The position numbers and the translations under genes are program-made. A stretch of 60,929 bases of DNA, the filler included, from Basidiobolus meristosporus CBS 931.73 (Eukaryota > Fungi > Basidiobolomycota), in NCBI GenBank assembly GCA_002104905.1. It is 4 parts of 4 records of this genome, joined end to end, with 100 filler letters (N's around TTAATTAATTAA, not from the genome) between each part and the next. Parts side by side here need not be neighbours in the genome. Positions count along the whole stretch, not along the records: positions 10,147 to 24,932 come from MCFE01001168.1; positions 25,033 to 42,771 come from MCFE01001083.1; 2 more parts are not named here. One strand, given 5' to 3'. Below are positions 22,322 to 35,330 of the stretch, piece by piece (position 1 is the stretch's first letter; each line of letters opens with the position of its first letter). The notes under the pieces are model-generated. The model was not told where the DNA came from and did not search any database. It saw only the letters and a program-made list of their open reading frames with translations.

Positions 22322-24574
22322 ATGGTTTTCCTCCATCAAGTTACCGCCATTCCGAACACTCTGTATTCTCGATTAATCGGTTTCTTTTTTGTTTATTTAT
22401 CATGCTCAACCCAAACTCCAGTTGACTCTTTTGCCAGTTACACGTTCAGTACGAAGTTGCTGATGTTAAGATTGGGATACAGAGCTTTGCGTATATCCCA
22501 ACCTCACCTGCCCTATGGAGGTGTACACGGGTCTCATTTGGGGAAAACCTTAGCTCTTGTGAGAGGTTTGTCCAGTCATTCGACATGTGGTATTCCCTTT
22601 ACAAGTAAGCCAAACACAGTAGAACAAGAATCTTACGACTTGATGACCTAGAAATCAAATACCCGGATGGGAAGGAGCTTCTGACCAAAACTGCCAGCTC
22701 GTCGAATGAGAATCACGTTACTCTAGAGGAACTTATTGATAAAGTATATCCTACATACCTGAAGTTTGGTGACTTAATTGGCTAATTGTCGTATCCTTTG
22801 GTTGGACAGAAAAATCTTCGAAAGCTATTCCTAGCTACTTACCAACTTGAGATTGACTGGCTATTGTCGAAGCTTCCTCGTAGTATCCCTATATGTTTGG
22901 CTCGGAATTGGGATCGTCTTTCGGGAGAACAGGTATCTCTGGGACGGATAAACACTGAGGTCCTCGTATCTTTGCTAATAAAAATCCATAATATAGCCCG
23001 GAATTTCGTCACTGCATTCCAACTTCACCGTTGTTCACCCACCTTTATCCGAAAACCAATACGGGAGTATGCACGCGAAGCTTTTCATTTTGTACTACGA
23101 CGAATTTATACGGGTGGTTGTCACCTCGGCAAATATGGTAAGACAACGGGCTAATTGCAATCAAGAGTATACCACGCTAATCGGAAAAGCAATACAACAG
23201 ACTTCACTGGATTGGGAAACGTTCGAAAACGTAAATTGAGGCCATCTCGTTAGAATTTCCTTGAGGCAAACACTCACTTTTTATGCCAAGGCCATATTTG
23301 TACAGGATTTCAGTCGAGCACGTAGCGAGGCGGTGCGTCCATGTGCGTTTGGTAGAGATTTGTACCATTTTCTGGGTGCGCTACGTATCCCTAACTTTAT
23401 CCGGAATACCTTGACTGGTTACGACTTTTCGACAGCGAAAGTGCGGTCTTTCAGTTGTTTGCATGGGAATCTCTCGTTAAAACTCCATTGTAGGTTACCC
23501 TCATTCCCTCTGTACCAGGTGCACATCTACAGAACCAAGAGGAGGTCTACGGCCACAAGAAGATAGCCCAAGCCTTAATGAAGCATGGCTTGATGAGCAA
23601 CTGCAGCGACAACAAAATGACTCTGGAGTATCAGGTTGGGTTCTAATCAGACTCGCGCGGTGTTACCAAGTCCTGACTCCAGAGCTTGCCAGACCAGCGC
23701 TTTAGGGCCGATCGATGATTACTGGTTACGGGAATTCTATCGATCTTGTAGCGGAGGATTGTTGGCGAAGGACGTGTATAACATGAAGGAGCTCCCAATT
23801 ACAATCATTTACCCGTCTCAAAGTACTATCAGAAGTGCAAACCATTGGGTAACTAGTATTCGCGCACTTGACGTCTACGTGGCCTAACGAATGCTTATCT
23901 GCAGCAGCAGCATCAATTCCATCTGAAAGAAGCCTACTATTCCAGAGACAGCTTTCCAAAGCAGCTTCTCAGAGATTCGATTTCTAAAAGCCCGGGAGTG
24001 TTGAGCCACTCAAAGGTAGCTGGGCCACCTACCTTGCACCCCAACCCTTCTGACACTCTTCCCGCAGGTGTTTTTGGCTAGGTTGCAGAAGTCGGTTCCG
24101 ATGGCGGATACCGATGAGCATGCGATTGGGTGGAGTTACCTAGGGTTAGTACATACAGCAGTGAGCATGATGTTGGGATGGTGCAGTAATGCCAATGTTT
24201 GTTGTTGCAGAAGCCATAATCTTTCCCGCGGAGGATGGTTTGTGATTCGGCTAATTCTCATATGGAGTGGGACTAATCTGCGTATGAAAGGGGGCGAGGG
24301 ACTAGCTTTTTACCAGGCAGTCGGCTCCGAAGGTACCACTTGAAGATCAACAATTTCGATTTGGGTGTGTTGAGGATCATCACCTCTGATTCGCCCGTAG
24401 ACGATCCTCAAGAAATCCGCTCCAGGCTGGCATCCTACACTGCCTCATCATATATTTCGCCACCGCCACCCTATGGCTCCTCAGATCATCCACACGTAAG
24501 CTGTCAATCAAGCTTGTGCAGTACCATATTCCTAACCGTCCTTCTACTTGTAGTTTGATCCCCCTGAGATGTAG
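22322..24574 (+). CDS. TDP1: Tyrosyl-DNA phosphodiesterase 1 (phospholipase D superfamily), many short exons; start uncertain
   Basis: Manual splicing gives LATYQLEIDWLL, VVHPPL...MHAKLFILYYDEFIRVVVTSANM, DWETFEN|AIFVQDF, LIPSVPG, YQ|TSALG, IIYPS, VLSHSK|V, WSYLG|SHNLSRGGWG and INNFDLGVL. Confidence 0.88.
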
Positions 24575-24792
24575 ATTATATCCAGCGCGAGTAAAGACGA
24601 TCCTTATGTTTCCGGTAGCCAATCAGATTCCCTGCCCATGCTTATTGTGGCTACTATATCATATTGGTGGGGTGGTATGGGTGCTATGGGTGGCTATGGG
24701 TGGTATGCATATCCATGGTGGGAGTAGATGGCTACAGTGTGTCTAGTTTGAAAAGTGCGCACAAAACTCTTTATTTTAAATACACGAATGAC

Positions 24793-24932
24793 TCACAGTT
24801 GGGATTTTTGCTGCAAGTTTAGCGCATTGACAGCACTACATATCGAATGTGTCAGTTCCAAATGAGGCACATCCAATCCCTTGGCCTTGGCTCTTTTCAA
24901 GGGTGTACCGAGGATGGCTTCAACCTCCATTG
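24793..24932 (-). CDS. 2-dehydropantoate 2-reductase (PanE/ApbA family) C-terminus, truncated by the gap
   Basis: MEVEAILGTPLKRAKAKGLDVPHLELTHSICSAVN...* resembles the ApbA_C terminal motif (xMExEAILGxP...GVxVP). Confidence 0.7.
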
Positions 24933-25032
24933 NNNNNNNNNNNNNNNNNNNNNNNNNNNNNNNNNNNNNNNNNNNNTTAATTAATTAANNNNNNNNNNNN
25001 NNNNNNNNNNNNNNNNNNNNNNNNNNNNNNNN
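24933..25032. other. Assembly gap with TTAATTAATTAA linker
   Basis: N block with the linker. Confidence 0.98.
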
Positions 25033-25215
25033 TTGTAGTTCAATAGTTTTCCCTTGACAAGCTTGAGGCTTTATCCCCCATCACATTAGATTAGATAAAA
25101 GACCCAGTATTCCTAGCAAGCTTTTGCCAGAGGTTATCGCACCCAGTGAACACCCCACACACATTCACACTTGAGAAGTGTTGGCCGTATTTTGCCCTTT
25201 GGACTTATACACCAC

Positions 25216-27600
25216 CACACCGTGGCCCACCTGTGCAAAATGATGGGCGTGAAACAAGTCTTCACGGCCGCGTATCACCCCCAGACTAACGGATTAACCA
25301 AGAGGATGAACCAGACGTGTTGCCGCATACTAGAGAAGCTTCACTGGGAACTTCCCCAATCATGGGCCAAGCTGCTCCCACTGACACTCCTAGCAATGCG
25401 CACCACACCGAATAAAACAACGGGTTTCTCCCCATATGAAATCCTATATGGACAAAGACCCAAGTGGCGGGAGGAAGCTGGATTGACAATGGAAGGTGTC
25501 TCCCTGACGACACATAACAACTATATAGAAAGGTTGATACACCGTATCACCCACCTATACATAAAAGTATTCAAAAATGTCGACAAGCACCTTCCCCCGC
25601 CACCTAAAAATGAGAAACTAACAAGACGAAAGTGGAAACTAGGTGATAAGGTGTGGTAAAACCAAACCGTTGCAGGCCTCAAGTTCCGCCCACGATTTAC
25701 ACCCCGATGGATTGGCCCATGCACCGTTATCAGTTCTGACCACAGACCAAAGTACACCATCACCCTGAATAATAAGACAATCAGCAACGTAGCGCCAGCC
25801 CATCTGAAACCGTTTCATGATGATCCACCGATCATCACTGAGACCAAAGTGTGATTAAACAATTATCAGGACAAGGATAGAGGAAGACACGGGATACATT
25901 CGAAGTTTATTAGAGGAGATTTTAGTCAATATAGGTACAAAAAATATGCGCAAGGGAGTTTGCCCAAAGGGGAGAACAAAAGAATGCATATGGAAAGCAC
26001 CAAAGGAAACAGTCCACCCAAAACTGGCGATACCCCTCCCACTAGCAAGAACCAAGATGATATTGAAAACAAAACCGACCTGCAAGTGTTAAGAGATATG
26101 GTACAAGTGTTACGTACAACGAGAGCCACCTATGAAGAGTTGTTTGCCGGAGCAGTCACGCTAATACAAGACACAATCAGAGAGGGACAAGACAAGTTAC
26201 CCACGCCAATACAAAGCATGGAGATACTACCCGAGAAGACCGTGTACCACCCAAGAGGAGGTTCCTTGATCATTAAGGAGAAGGACGCCGCGCTGATTCC
26301 CGTATCCATACTGGACACAGTCAGACAGAAGACACAAGGAATCAACTGTCGCGCCCTCACAAGACCTTGAGAGCCCCCCTGTTTTGTTGCATACTTGCCA
26401 TTAATAGGTACCACGGTTGTTGAGGTATATGCAGACCTGGTACAAGCTGCAAGAGGACCAGAAGTAGAACTCCCAATCAAAGGACTCCTCCGAGAAATTT
26501 GCGAACATCTCAAACCACATTTCCAAGAAGGAACCATCTCAGAGAAGATACGCGAACGGATTAAATACACCGGCCAGTTAACCCATGCAATCCACCGAGT
26601 TGCTGTGTTACAGCTATTACAGTGGTTTACCATAGGACAACTCAGGAATCAGTATGAAGTCCAACTCCAAGAAGCCGAAGAAACCGCCGCGGATTCTGTA
26701 GAAACCATGAGGCAAGTACAAAAGCGCCTCAATCGCGCCACAGTTTCTACAGAAGAACTACAATACATCTCAGAAGAAGCAAAAACTTGTTATCAACAAC
26801 GGGTGACTGCCAACCGAGTGTACACCCTCTTCAAAAGGTCCCCCGCCGTCATATTGAACACGAAAAGGACAAGCCCCAATAACGTTTGCAAGATAAAGAA
26901 GCAAGACTTTATTGCGCTATTGCACCTTTTCTTGTTCTCCGGCCCTCCTGAGGAACTTACCCAGAACCCTATGGTTTGCCAACTATTTGGCTCTGTGGAA
27001 AACATCCCTCAAGCAACACAGGCCGCACCCCACTCTGCCGCCAAATGGTATCAGGTACTCGCCCGCGATCCCCTTGCAAGTGACAACCAGCAATGGTACT
27101 ACGGTGACTCCCCATGCTCCGTAAACAAAATCGATCCTGGAGAAGCAAGTTAGTCAAAGAACTTTGAGGACAAAGCTCCCACTTAACCCCCGGGATATGT
27201 GAGTACTCAATGTAGTACCCACTCTTTGCCCAAGAGTTCTCCCAAGAGTTCCCTCCAGAGTCCTACCCGAAGTCCTCCAGTACCCTCCCTATGATTCCCC
27301 CACGCGTCCTCCCCTCCTATCCCTGCCCTTATCTAGTTAGAACACTTACCATAACAGGAAGGTGCTCACACCCCTATTTTATAACACATTGTCTATTGTC
27401 TAAGCCCCCCCAAGTGATATATATATCTACCCAATTGAACCAGGAAGAACAACAAGATTGGGACAAAATAAACAGAAGTCTTTATTACCTTGCTACCTTC
27501 TATCAGAAGCTATTCTGAACCAAGTGGTACTGACTTGACCTACAAGCTCTCCCACTCACCAAGTACAGTCAGTAATAACCCACACACTGTTGCAAACTCA
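25216..27600 (+). mobile_element. Ty3/gypsy-type element 3' part: integrase core/SH3, about 430-codon in-frame extension to 27153, candidate LTR from about 27196
   Basis: FTAAYHPQTNGLT, LLAMRTTPNKTTGFSPYEILYG and PRWIGPC...HLKPF are present. A second copy lies at 1-1630. The TG-starting downstream segment with TATA/AATAAA is only a tentative LTR. Confidence 0.85.
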
Positions 27601-30181
27601 TAGGATAAAGTCAGAGCCTACTGTTCCTTGCTTCCCACTGCATAGTGGAGTGATTGAATGAGCAAATACATTAAGAACTGACTTAGCAAGCTCTGTGATC
27701 CCACATCAAAAATATGTTGCCATAGATTTATACCTTGAAAAAAAGGTTATAGCAAAATGCTTTATGATTCTACCCTATTTGAAGCATGGTGTGTATGTAA
27801 ACCAAGTGAGGAGCACCTAAGAATATTTGAATGTACAGCATATGCTAAGAAATGACATGGAAATCAGTCAAAATATCAGCCACAAAGTTGAAATGCATAT
27901 TTTTGGGCTACTGCAATGAATGTGTGCCATATTGTCTTTGGAGTAGCAAAGCAAAGAGGCTTACCAAGTCAAGGGATGGGCTGTTCAATGAAAATTCAAA
28001 ACTCAGACAGAAAAATATGTGATGATGACAAAAATCCAACCCCAAGTCCATTAATAGGCAGGGTTGAGTCAGAACAAAACAATGAGAATATTTCTGTTGA
28101 GAGGACTGCATAACTGTGATTCAGCTTGAACCAGCACCCAGGAAAATCCCAGAAGTAATCATTCTAGTATCATAAGATATGAGTTCCCATTGGAAAGAAA
28201 TAGCACATATTACTTTATCAATAAGGATACAAACCTTTCCTTTGCCTATTTAGTACATTCTAATGAGTCATAGACTGCAGAAAAGGTCCTAAATAGCTTT
28301 CAGACAAAGTTCTCAATATCTGAAATGACTGAGAATATCAGGCCCTGATAGAAAATCTAACTAGGGACTCAGTCATATTACCAGTCAACTGAAACCAAGT
28401 GGATACTCAAGCAACTTACAGACAAAAAAAGGCAGATGATACAAATGAAAGATACAAAGCAAGACTTGTGGCCAATGGACTCTCCCTACTTAACAAAGTT
28501 GAATACACTGATACTTTTGCACTATTAGCCAAATTTGATTTCATTGGACTAATATTGCCTGTTGAGGCCAAATGCAGGCTTTTATTTATTAAATAGATGC
28601 ATCAGCTGTATTTTGGAAAGTAGAACCTGATGAGGATGTATACCTAAGACAGCCTGATTGTTGTGAAGACCAAGATGGCCCCCTTTGTTGTGCCAGCTTA
28701 AAAAATCTCTATATAGCCTGAAACAGTCACCAAGTGCCTGCAAACACATGATAGAACCTTATTTAGAATCTTTGAGTTCCTAAAGAAGTACTGCTGGCTA
28801 AAGTATGTATTGAAAGCAAGAAAGATCAAATCCAGCACTATTACCACTATATGAGGATGACCTCATAATGGCCATCAATAAGCTAAATCATTGGAAGAGA
28901 CTAAATCTGGCCTATCTAAGGAGTTCAAAATGCACAATCTGGAAGCACTTGGCTTCTACTAAAGAATAAGGCTCTAAGAAGACAAAATTGCCCAAACTAT
29001 CCCCCCACAAATCCTAAAATATTTAAGTAATACCTAAGAGCTACCAAATAGAAGACTGTAACTGGTAGCTATCACAATGGAAACAAACCTCAACTTGACC
29101 AAAGCTTAACTATATTAAGAGATGTTAGTGCCAACTCAAAGCCCTGAGCACTCTTATTAATATATGGTTGGTAGTTAGATATGCATCATGCTTGAAACAT
29201 GTCCAGATATCTCACTTTGGCTGGAAGTAGTCAGCCAGCATAATCAGAACTATGGATATGATCATAGTACAGCAGTTAAGCAGACTTTTAGATAGCTAAA
29301 CAGAACTGCTGAACTTACCCAAGGTAAGCCTATTAGAATTCCAGACAGGATCTTTCAGGGTACTCTAATGCTGATTGGAGACAAAATATAAGAGAGAGAA
29401 GATCTTAAACTGGGTTCACTTTACTTTAGTAAAAAGGAGTATTTATCTGCAACTGAAGAATGCGGCCAGCTGTAACACAGTCCACTACAGAAGCAGTATA
29501 TATGGCAGCCTGTGAAGCTACACAAGCTGCAATGTGGTTCAGAAAGGTTCTCAAAAGCCTAAGATTTGTCACAAAGTGCCCATGACTTTATCTCAAGATT
29601 GTCAAAGATGTATACAATTAGGTAGGAATCAAACTTTTCATGCAAGAGCCAAGCACATAGATATTAGATATCACTTTAAATGTGATGCTATAGAGAATAT
29701 TTTAGTCAACTCAGCTCACTGACTTACTGATTAAATGATTGCAGACATATTTATCAAGCCATTTGCTAGAGACAAATTTGAATATCTTTGGACACCATTA
29801 CAACTATTCAGTATAAGCATTCAGTTGAGTAGTTCTGTTATGAAACTTGTAATTTCATTCAAATATTCACCTGATGTAGTCACTTAGATTCTTATGTAAA
29901 ATCTTATGGCTTACTGACCAAATTCCTTGTTGAGATTTACTCTGAGCATTTTCATGCTGTGGGAGCCTGCCATTTTGGTCAGAATACTCAAAGCTGTTGA
30001 AACAGCCTTAAACTCTGAGCAGATGTTCTTGGACCTTCCTATATATACTCTACATGCTTTTTATCCCAAGACCATGTAGTAGTATCAGTATTTCCTTTAC
30101 ATTCAATAAATAACTGAGTTAAAGTTGCAAAATATACTGGTTATCCCAATGATTCCTAATATCTCTAAGACTCTTATACCA
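27600..30181 (+). mobile_element. Highly degenerate copia element (integrase-RT-RNase H) with 3' LTR 29836-30181
   Basis: Colinear with 3665-4890 and 7573-8513 (RYKARLVANG, HARAKHIDIRYHF). Numerous stops and almost no CpG. Confidence 0.88.
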
Positions 30182-31340
30182 GTTGAGTCATTAACTGGAA
30201 GGAAAGGTCTGCATTTCTGGAAGGGGGGTATTGAAAGAGAGATGTTTGCATGGATCAGCCCAATGGGTTTACTGACCAGGATAATCCCAATTTGGTCTGC
30301 AGGCTGAAAAAAGCTGCATATGCTCTAAAACATATCACTAAGAACAAGGTATTACAAGATAAGTTCTTATCCGGAGTCTTTGATTTTCAAAGTGGTACTG
30401 CTGACTACAGTATCTACTATATGATAAGTAGAACAAGTCCAGTTCCATCAGCCCTAAATGTGAGTGATCTTTTTATAGACACCAATAACCAAGAAACATT
30501 GGAAGAGACTAAGTCAGCATATCTAAGGAGTTCAAGAGGCTCAACACAAGTGATCTTATTATAACCATCAATAAGCAAAAAGCATTGGCAGAGACTGTAT
30601 CCAGCCAGTTCAAGGAATTTGAAGTGATCATTCTAGGAGAGCACAGTTACTATTCTGGGATAGAGTCCTAAATAGACAGAAGTACAACCACCAACATCCC
30701 AAGCCAGTTCAGGTATAAATATGATTTGCTTAAGAAGTATCAAATTGCAAATTGTAAACCAGTAGTTACCTTAATAGAGTCAAACATGAGCTCAGTCAAA
30801 ATTCTACCAAATCAAGTAATCTAGGTGCCATATAGGAGCCCCAAATTCACTGCCATTCTGTGATTAGTAGTATGCTGTATATCATACATGGAACATGTGC
30901 AGATATCTCATATTCAGTGAAAGCTGCTGGCCTGCCTACTCAGAACCATGCTTCTGATCATATTGTAGCAGTTGTACAGATTTATAGATACATAAAAGGA
31001 GCTGCATATATCAGCTTAAAGTATTCATAAGATAATCTAGTAGATTTCTCTGGTGACAAAGCCTAGATGATAGAAGAACTATCATAAGATACACCATTTA
31101 CAGTAAAGCAGCTATTTTATGAAATTCAAGAAAGCTGCCAGCTGTAGCACTTGCTACCACCTAGGGAGATTATATGATAGCATATAAGGCAACAACAGGG
31201 CAATATGCTTACAAATGAGTCTTGATGACAAGCATATATGTTAAAAAGCCCCATGTATATTGTTCTAAGATAGCTATGGATATATGTAATGAGGTAGATA
31301 TTCACTTTTCATACTGGAACTAAGCATCTTGTTACATACA
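30182..31340 (+). mobile_element. Second degenerate copia RT/RNase H fragment
   Basis: MDQPNGFTDQDNPNLVCRLKK and DYSIYY; colinear with 4460-4890 and 7573-8000. Confidence 0.8.
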
Positions 31341-31682
31341 CAAACCTCTGCAGTTAGATTCAGAATGCCACAGGTATTGAGTACCAATTGCATGTCTTCA
31401 GTCCTTTGGTGCTCTTGCACATTATGTATAATAATAATCCAAACAAAATAAGGTCAAAAAAATATATTCTCTCCAGTAAAGTAGATGAAACACTAAGGAA
31501 GCTTTGCATAAAGAAGCAGAACCAGGTTTCACTCTTTGTGGTCAAGTATAGGGCAACTTAGCCTTTATGGCCCATGATGGCATTATTTGACACTAATGGC
31601 TCAATGTGGCTCTATCCAACTTAACAAGTCTACTATCTTTGGTTGTAGTTAAAGCTAGCTGATAAGAATACTGTGTTGAGTG

Positions 31683-32382
31683 TGTTGCAATATTCTGAGG
31701 AGTATTGGAAGTGATGTGGAGAACTAGAGGATTTAAATGTTATTCACTTGTAGATTTAGTGATCAAAAGTATGGTATTTATACTTTTCATAAAGTAGTAC
31801 AAACAAGCTTTTAGTGCTTGTCAAGGAAGATCCCAAGAATATGTGTAAACAGTTTGGGGGCTTTTGGACAACTTTGAGAAGGATCATAATATGGGTACCT
31901 GATAATTTGGTGAAAATATGCTAAGTGAGTCCCAACATGAAATTTGGTCAGGGCAGAATGAAAAACAAATAATACAATCTATGTGGCTAAGTTAGCATGA
32001 ATATTTAGGTGACAACCTAATAATTACAATAGAGTGGGGGTGTTGTAAGCTTTGTAATCACAACTGAGCAATCCCCTAGCTTAGTAACTTGAGTCATTAC
32101 CCATAAATCTTAGTGAATCTGAACCATATTTATGGTTGGGAATTACTTATACTATTTCTACCAAAATACTAGGTGCTCTGAGCATAAATTTTCTCAGCAT
32201 TGTCCAAATACCCTTCAGCTCCTCATATGTGCTCTTAGGACCTTTACAAGCATATTCAGCAGGTTTTTCTGCCAACACTTGGTAAAAGTGTAAGTACTAC
32301 TTTACATTCAATATCTGATGAAGTGAAAAACAAACAATGTGCTTGTCATAGAATCACCTGCAATATCACCACAACTACAATA
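31683..32382. repeat. Two diverged copia LTRs back-to-back (31683-32031 minus; 32041-~32382 plus) separated only by a 9-nt PPT (GAGTGGGGG)
   Basis: Both resemble the 350-bp LTR family. The junction reads TTACAATA GAGTGGGGG TGTTGTAAG. Confidence 0.7.
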
Positions 32383-35330
32383 TCTATGATGCAAGTGTCA
32401 TATATTGAAGTAATCAAATTCATACCCTGTGGCTCAGGTATTTTTGAATTATATTGGCTTTTTGCTGACCAGTCAGTGCCCAAATGACCTAGTATGCTGT
32501 ATTACAATTATGTAGCTAAATACCACAGGATTCAAAAGTGCTTTAAGCAAGTGAAAGAAGATGAATCTAAGGATTTTTGACTTCATCTTGTGAAAGTTCA
32601 GACCCGGAATTTACAATGTGAGATTTTTTGTATAGTTATATAAGATAATAGCTCAAACACTGACCTTTTGGTTCCATCTATAGCAATGTGATACCACAGA
32701 CATGATAAATTGAAGTGATTGACACAAGCTGTAAGAATAAGTACCAGGGTGCTCAAGAGCTGAAAGTGTTGGCTCCATTGAAGCAAGTTGTCTGATTTAA
32801 GAGCTTGGACAGGCTTGGCAGGAAGTTGTGAAGGCTGTTAATGGACTACCAACTAGATTGCTGACAGAAAGCAACGACTTACATTATCAAATTACCAGCT
32901 CTCTGGAGATGTGCAGAGATTGGAATGCTCCTGAAAACAAAACGGTTGATACTAGAAACTTCAGCCTTCTTATGGCATTCAGACATTTGCCCTGGGATAT
33001 GTTGCGCTTAAGTTATCCTCATACAAAATATTGTAGTGGTCATCTCACTGACCCCAAAGTTATTTACATTTGAAAAATTTACCAAATGTATTAGCAGTAT
33101 ACCATATGAGGTCAGGTTTCATTTTGTTTGTAAGGATAGTGATCATATGGCATCTTGAAGTGAATTTAAGTATTTTACTGAATGCGTGGGGCTGATTTAT
33201 TACATTAAACCACAGAGTTTATACATTTCAGATGACTTCATCTAGGTAATGATGAGAGTGCGTTGAAAAAGCTCCCAAAGTGCGGAGCGCTAAATTGGTG
33301 ACCATTTTGACTCGTTGGTGTTCCTTGGTACTACCACCATTGCGACCATATCATAGAACCAGTGAAAGCAGTACAATTTCGTTGTGATGGACGCCCATTT
33401 CTTGATGAAGAAAGTATTATAACTGAGTGTCTGAATAAAATACTTAAGCTATCACTTTGAACTCTTGCCACCTTAACAGTCGGGTGCATATCAACAATTA
33501 GGTCGGGATTAAATATCCTCGAGTTAAGCCGCGTATTTATTACGGGTCATGGATCCTGACCTAGTGTGTAATTATTCATATAAAATCGTTTCATGTCCTT
33601 GTAATGTTGGTCCAAATTAATGCACAACTTCCTCAGGAATATTGAGGTACCGAAAAGATGTGGATACACCAACGTTGATTGCCACCCTCCAAATAGATAC
33701 ACAATTCCAACCACTTCCGGCTTCGAAAAGAGAGGCCAAATATTCCAGGTTTGACAGAGCGAATACAATTGCTCGGGGAAAGTGGTCATCAGAAACTGGT
33801 TACCTACTTGAAACCGGTTCACCAAACGAATTCCTAGAGGATGATTTGGGTCCCCTCAATGTCCGAATCTTATCTAAAATTGATGCTAGTCACTGATTTC
33901 AAGATCTGATTTCCATGTTACATTTCCACTGCTCAATAACCATGCGTCCTGTAACTTACCCGTAACTTATCATTGTATCACCAACATTTGGTCAGGACTC
34001 CAGGTACACACACTTGCTTTACAGACTACTCCGAAATGCATAATGATGAACCACTCTATCTGTTCCCGTTTTTCGCACTTCGGTTGTTATCTAGACCACA
34101 GCATCCATGTTAGAGACTTTCTATAGTTTGGGGGGCTCTTTTAGCATGATCTCTGCGCACGTGACAAGGCCCAGGTCCTCATGTTCTGTCTGCAACGATG
34201 TTTCTTTAGTAGTTCCAAGGGCGCGCGCGATCCGGATACACGAACAAATAGATGCCATCCTGATTACTCTCAGTAATCCGTAACGAATTAATCGGATCGA
34301 GTATCATACCGTCATCAGAGCCAATTTTACCTCTTGCTCAACAGCCCATGTTAGTATGCAGTGAAGTCACTCAGTGTTTCCGAGCTAATGAAGAAATGAA
34401 CTAAGCGTGGCACGTCCCCTTCCCCAACCCTATCAATAACGTCCCAAACAGCTCCAAAGAATCCTGCACAAGCATGTATGCTCAGGTTTTGCTCACCAAA
34501 ATTGCACATGTGAAACGTGCCCTTTGAATCCACCCAACTACTGAGAAGTCTAAGCCTAAATATTACTTCGAGGCTGTGATTGGTTTACACCAATAATCGG
34601 TCGAGCTGGGATGGTGCAGAAAGTTGGTACTACGCCTATTGCGCATGAACAAAGACATCAAATCAAGCCACCAGAAAAATCTACAATTCGTACAGTATTC
34701 CGCTGATTCATCTGCCCTGCAGAACACCCGAGAAAAAAGATTTCCAGAGACATCTAGGTGGTCATCAATCAATGGATATCTTTCCATCCCTTCTAGCAAC
34801 ACATGTCCAGGTCCGTTTCCCTAGGTTGTACGAAAGCCTAGATCCCACTGATCGATAGCCATCGGATAGATGACCAACATTGTTCTGAATCCATCTAAGA
34901 ATGCGCCATCCCAAGCTAGTGCAAATCCTGGTGATACTGGCTGTTGCGACAGAGATAAAAATGCGCAGCCGGACATCAATCAAGCTATCGCGAGAGCACC
35001 ATCATGATAACGAGTCAACACCGAAGGGCCATTGCTGATTGGTCGAGAGGTGGATTCCAAGGAATGTTGCTAGTGACATTATGAATATTTCGTACGATTC
35101 GGATGATCTTCCCACCCGGTAACACAGATCCCAGGATCAGACCAGCATTTATTTGTTTCTTCAAAAGGACATGCAAACAATCAATATGTCAAGAATGGCA
35201 CCAGCATACCAGGTCATTCCAAATCAACCAAATTAGGAAATGATGGATGTGCCCCACAAATTTATTCCTGCATCGTAGCACAACACTCTACTCCAATGGA
35301 GATGGACATTTGGGATTGACGTTGCACAGA

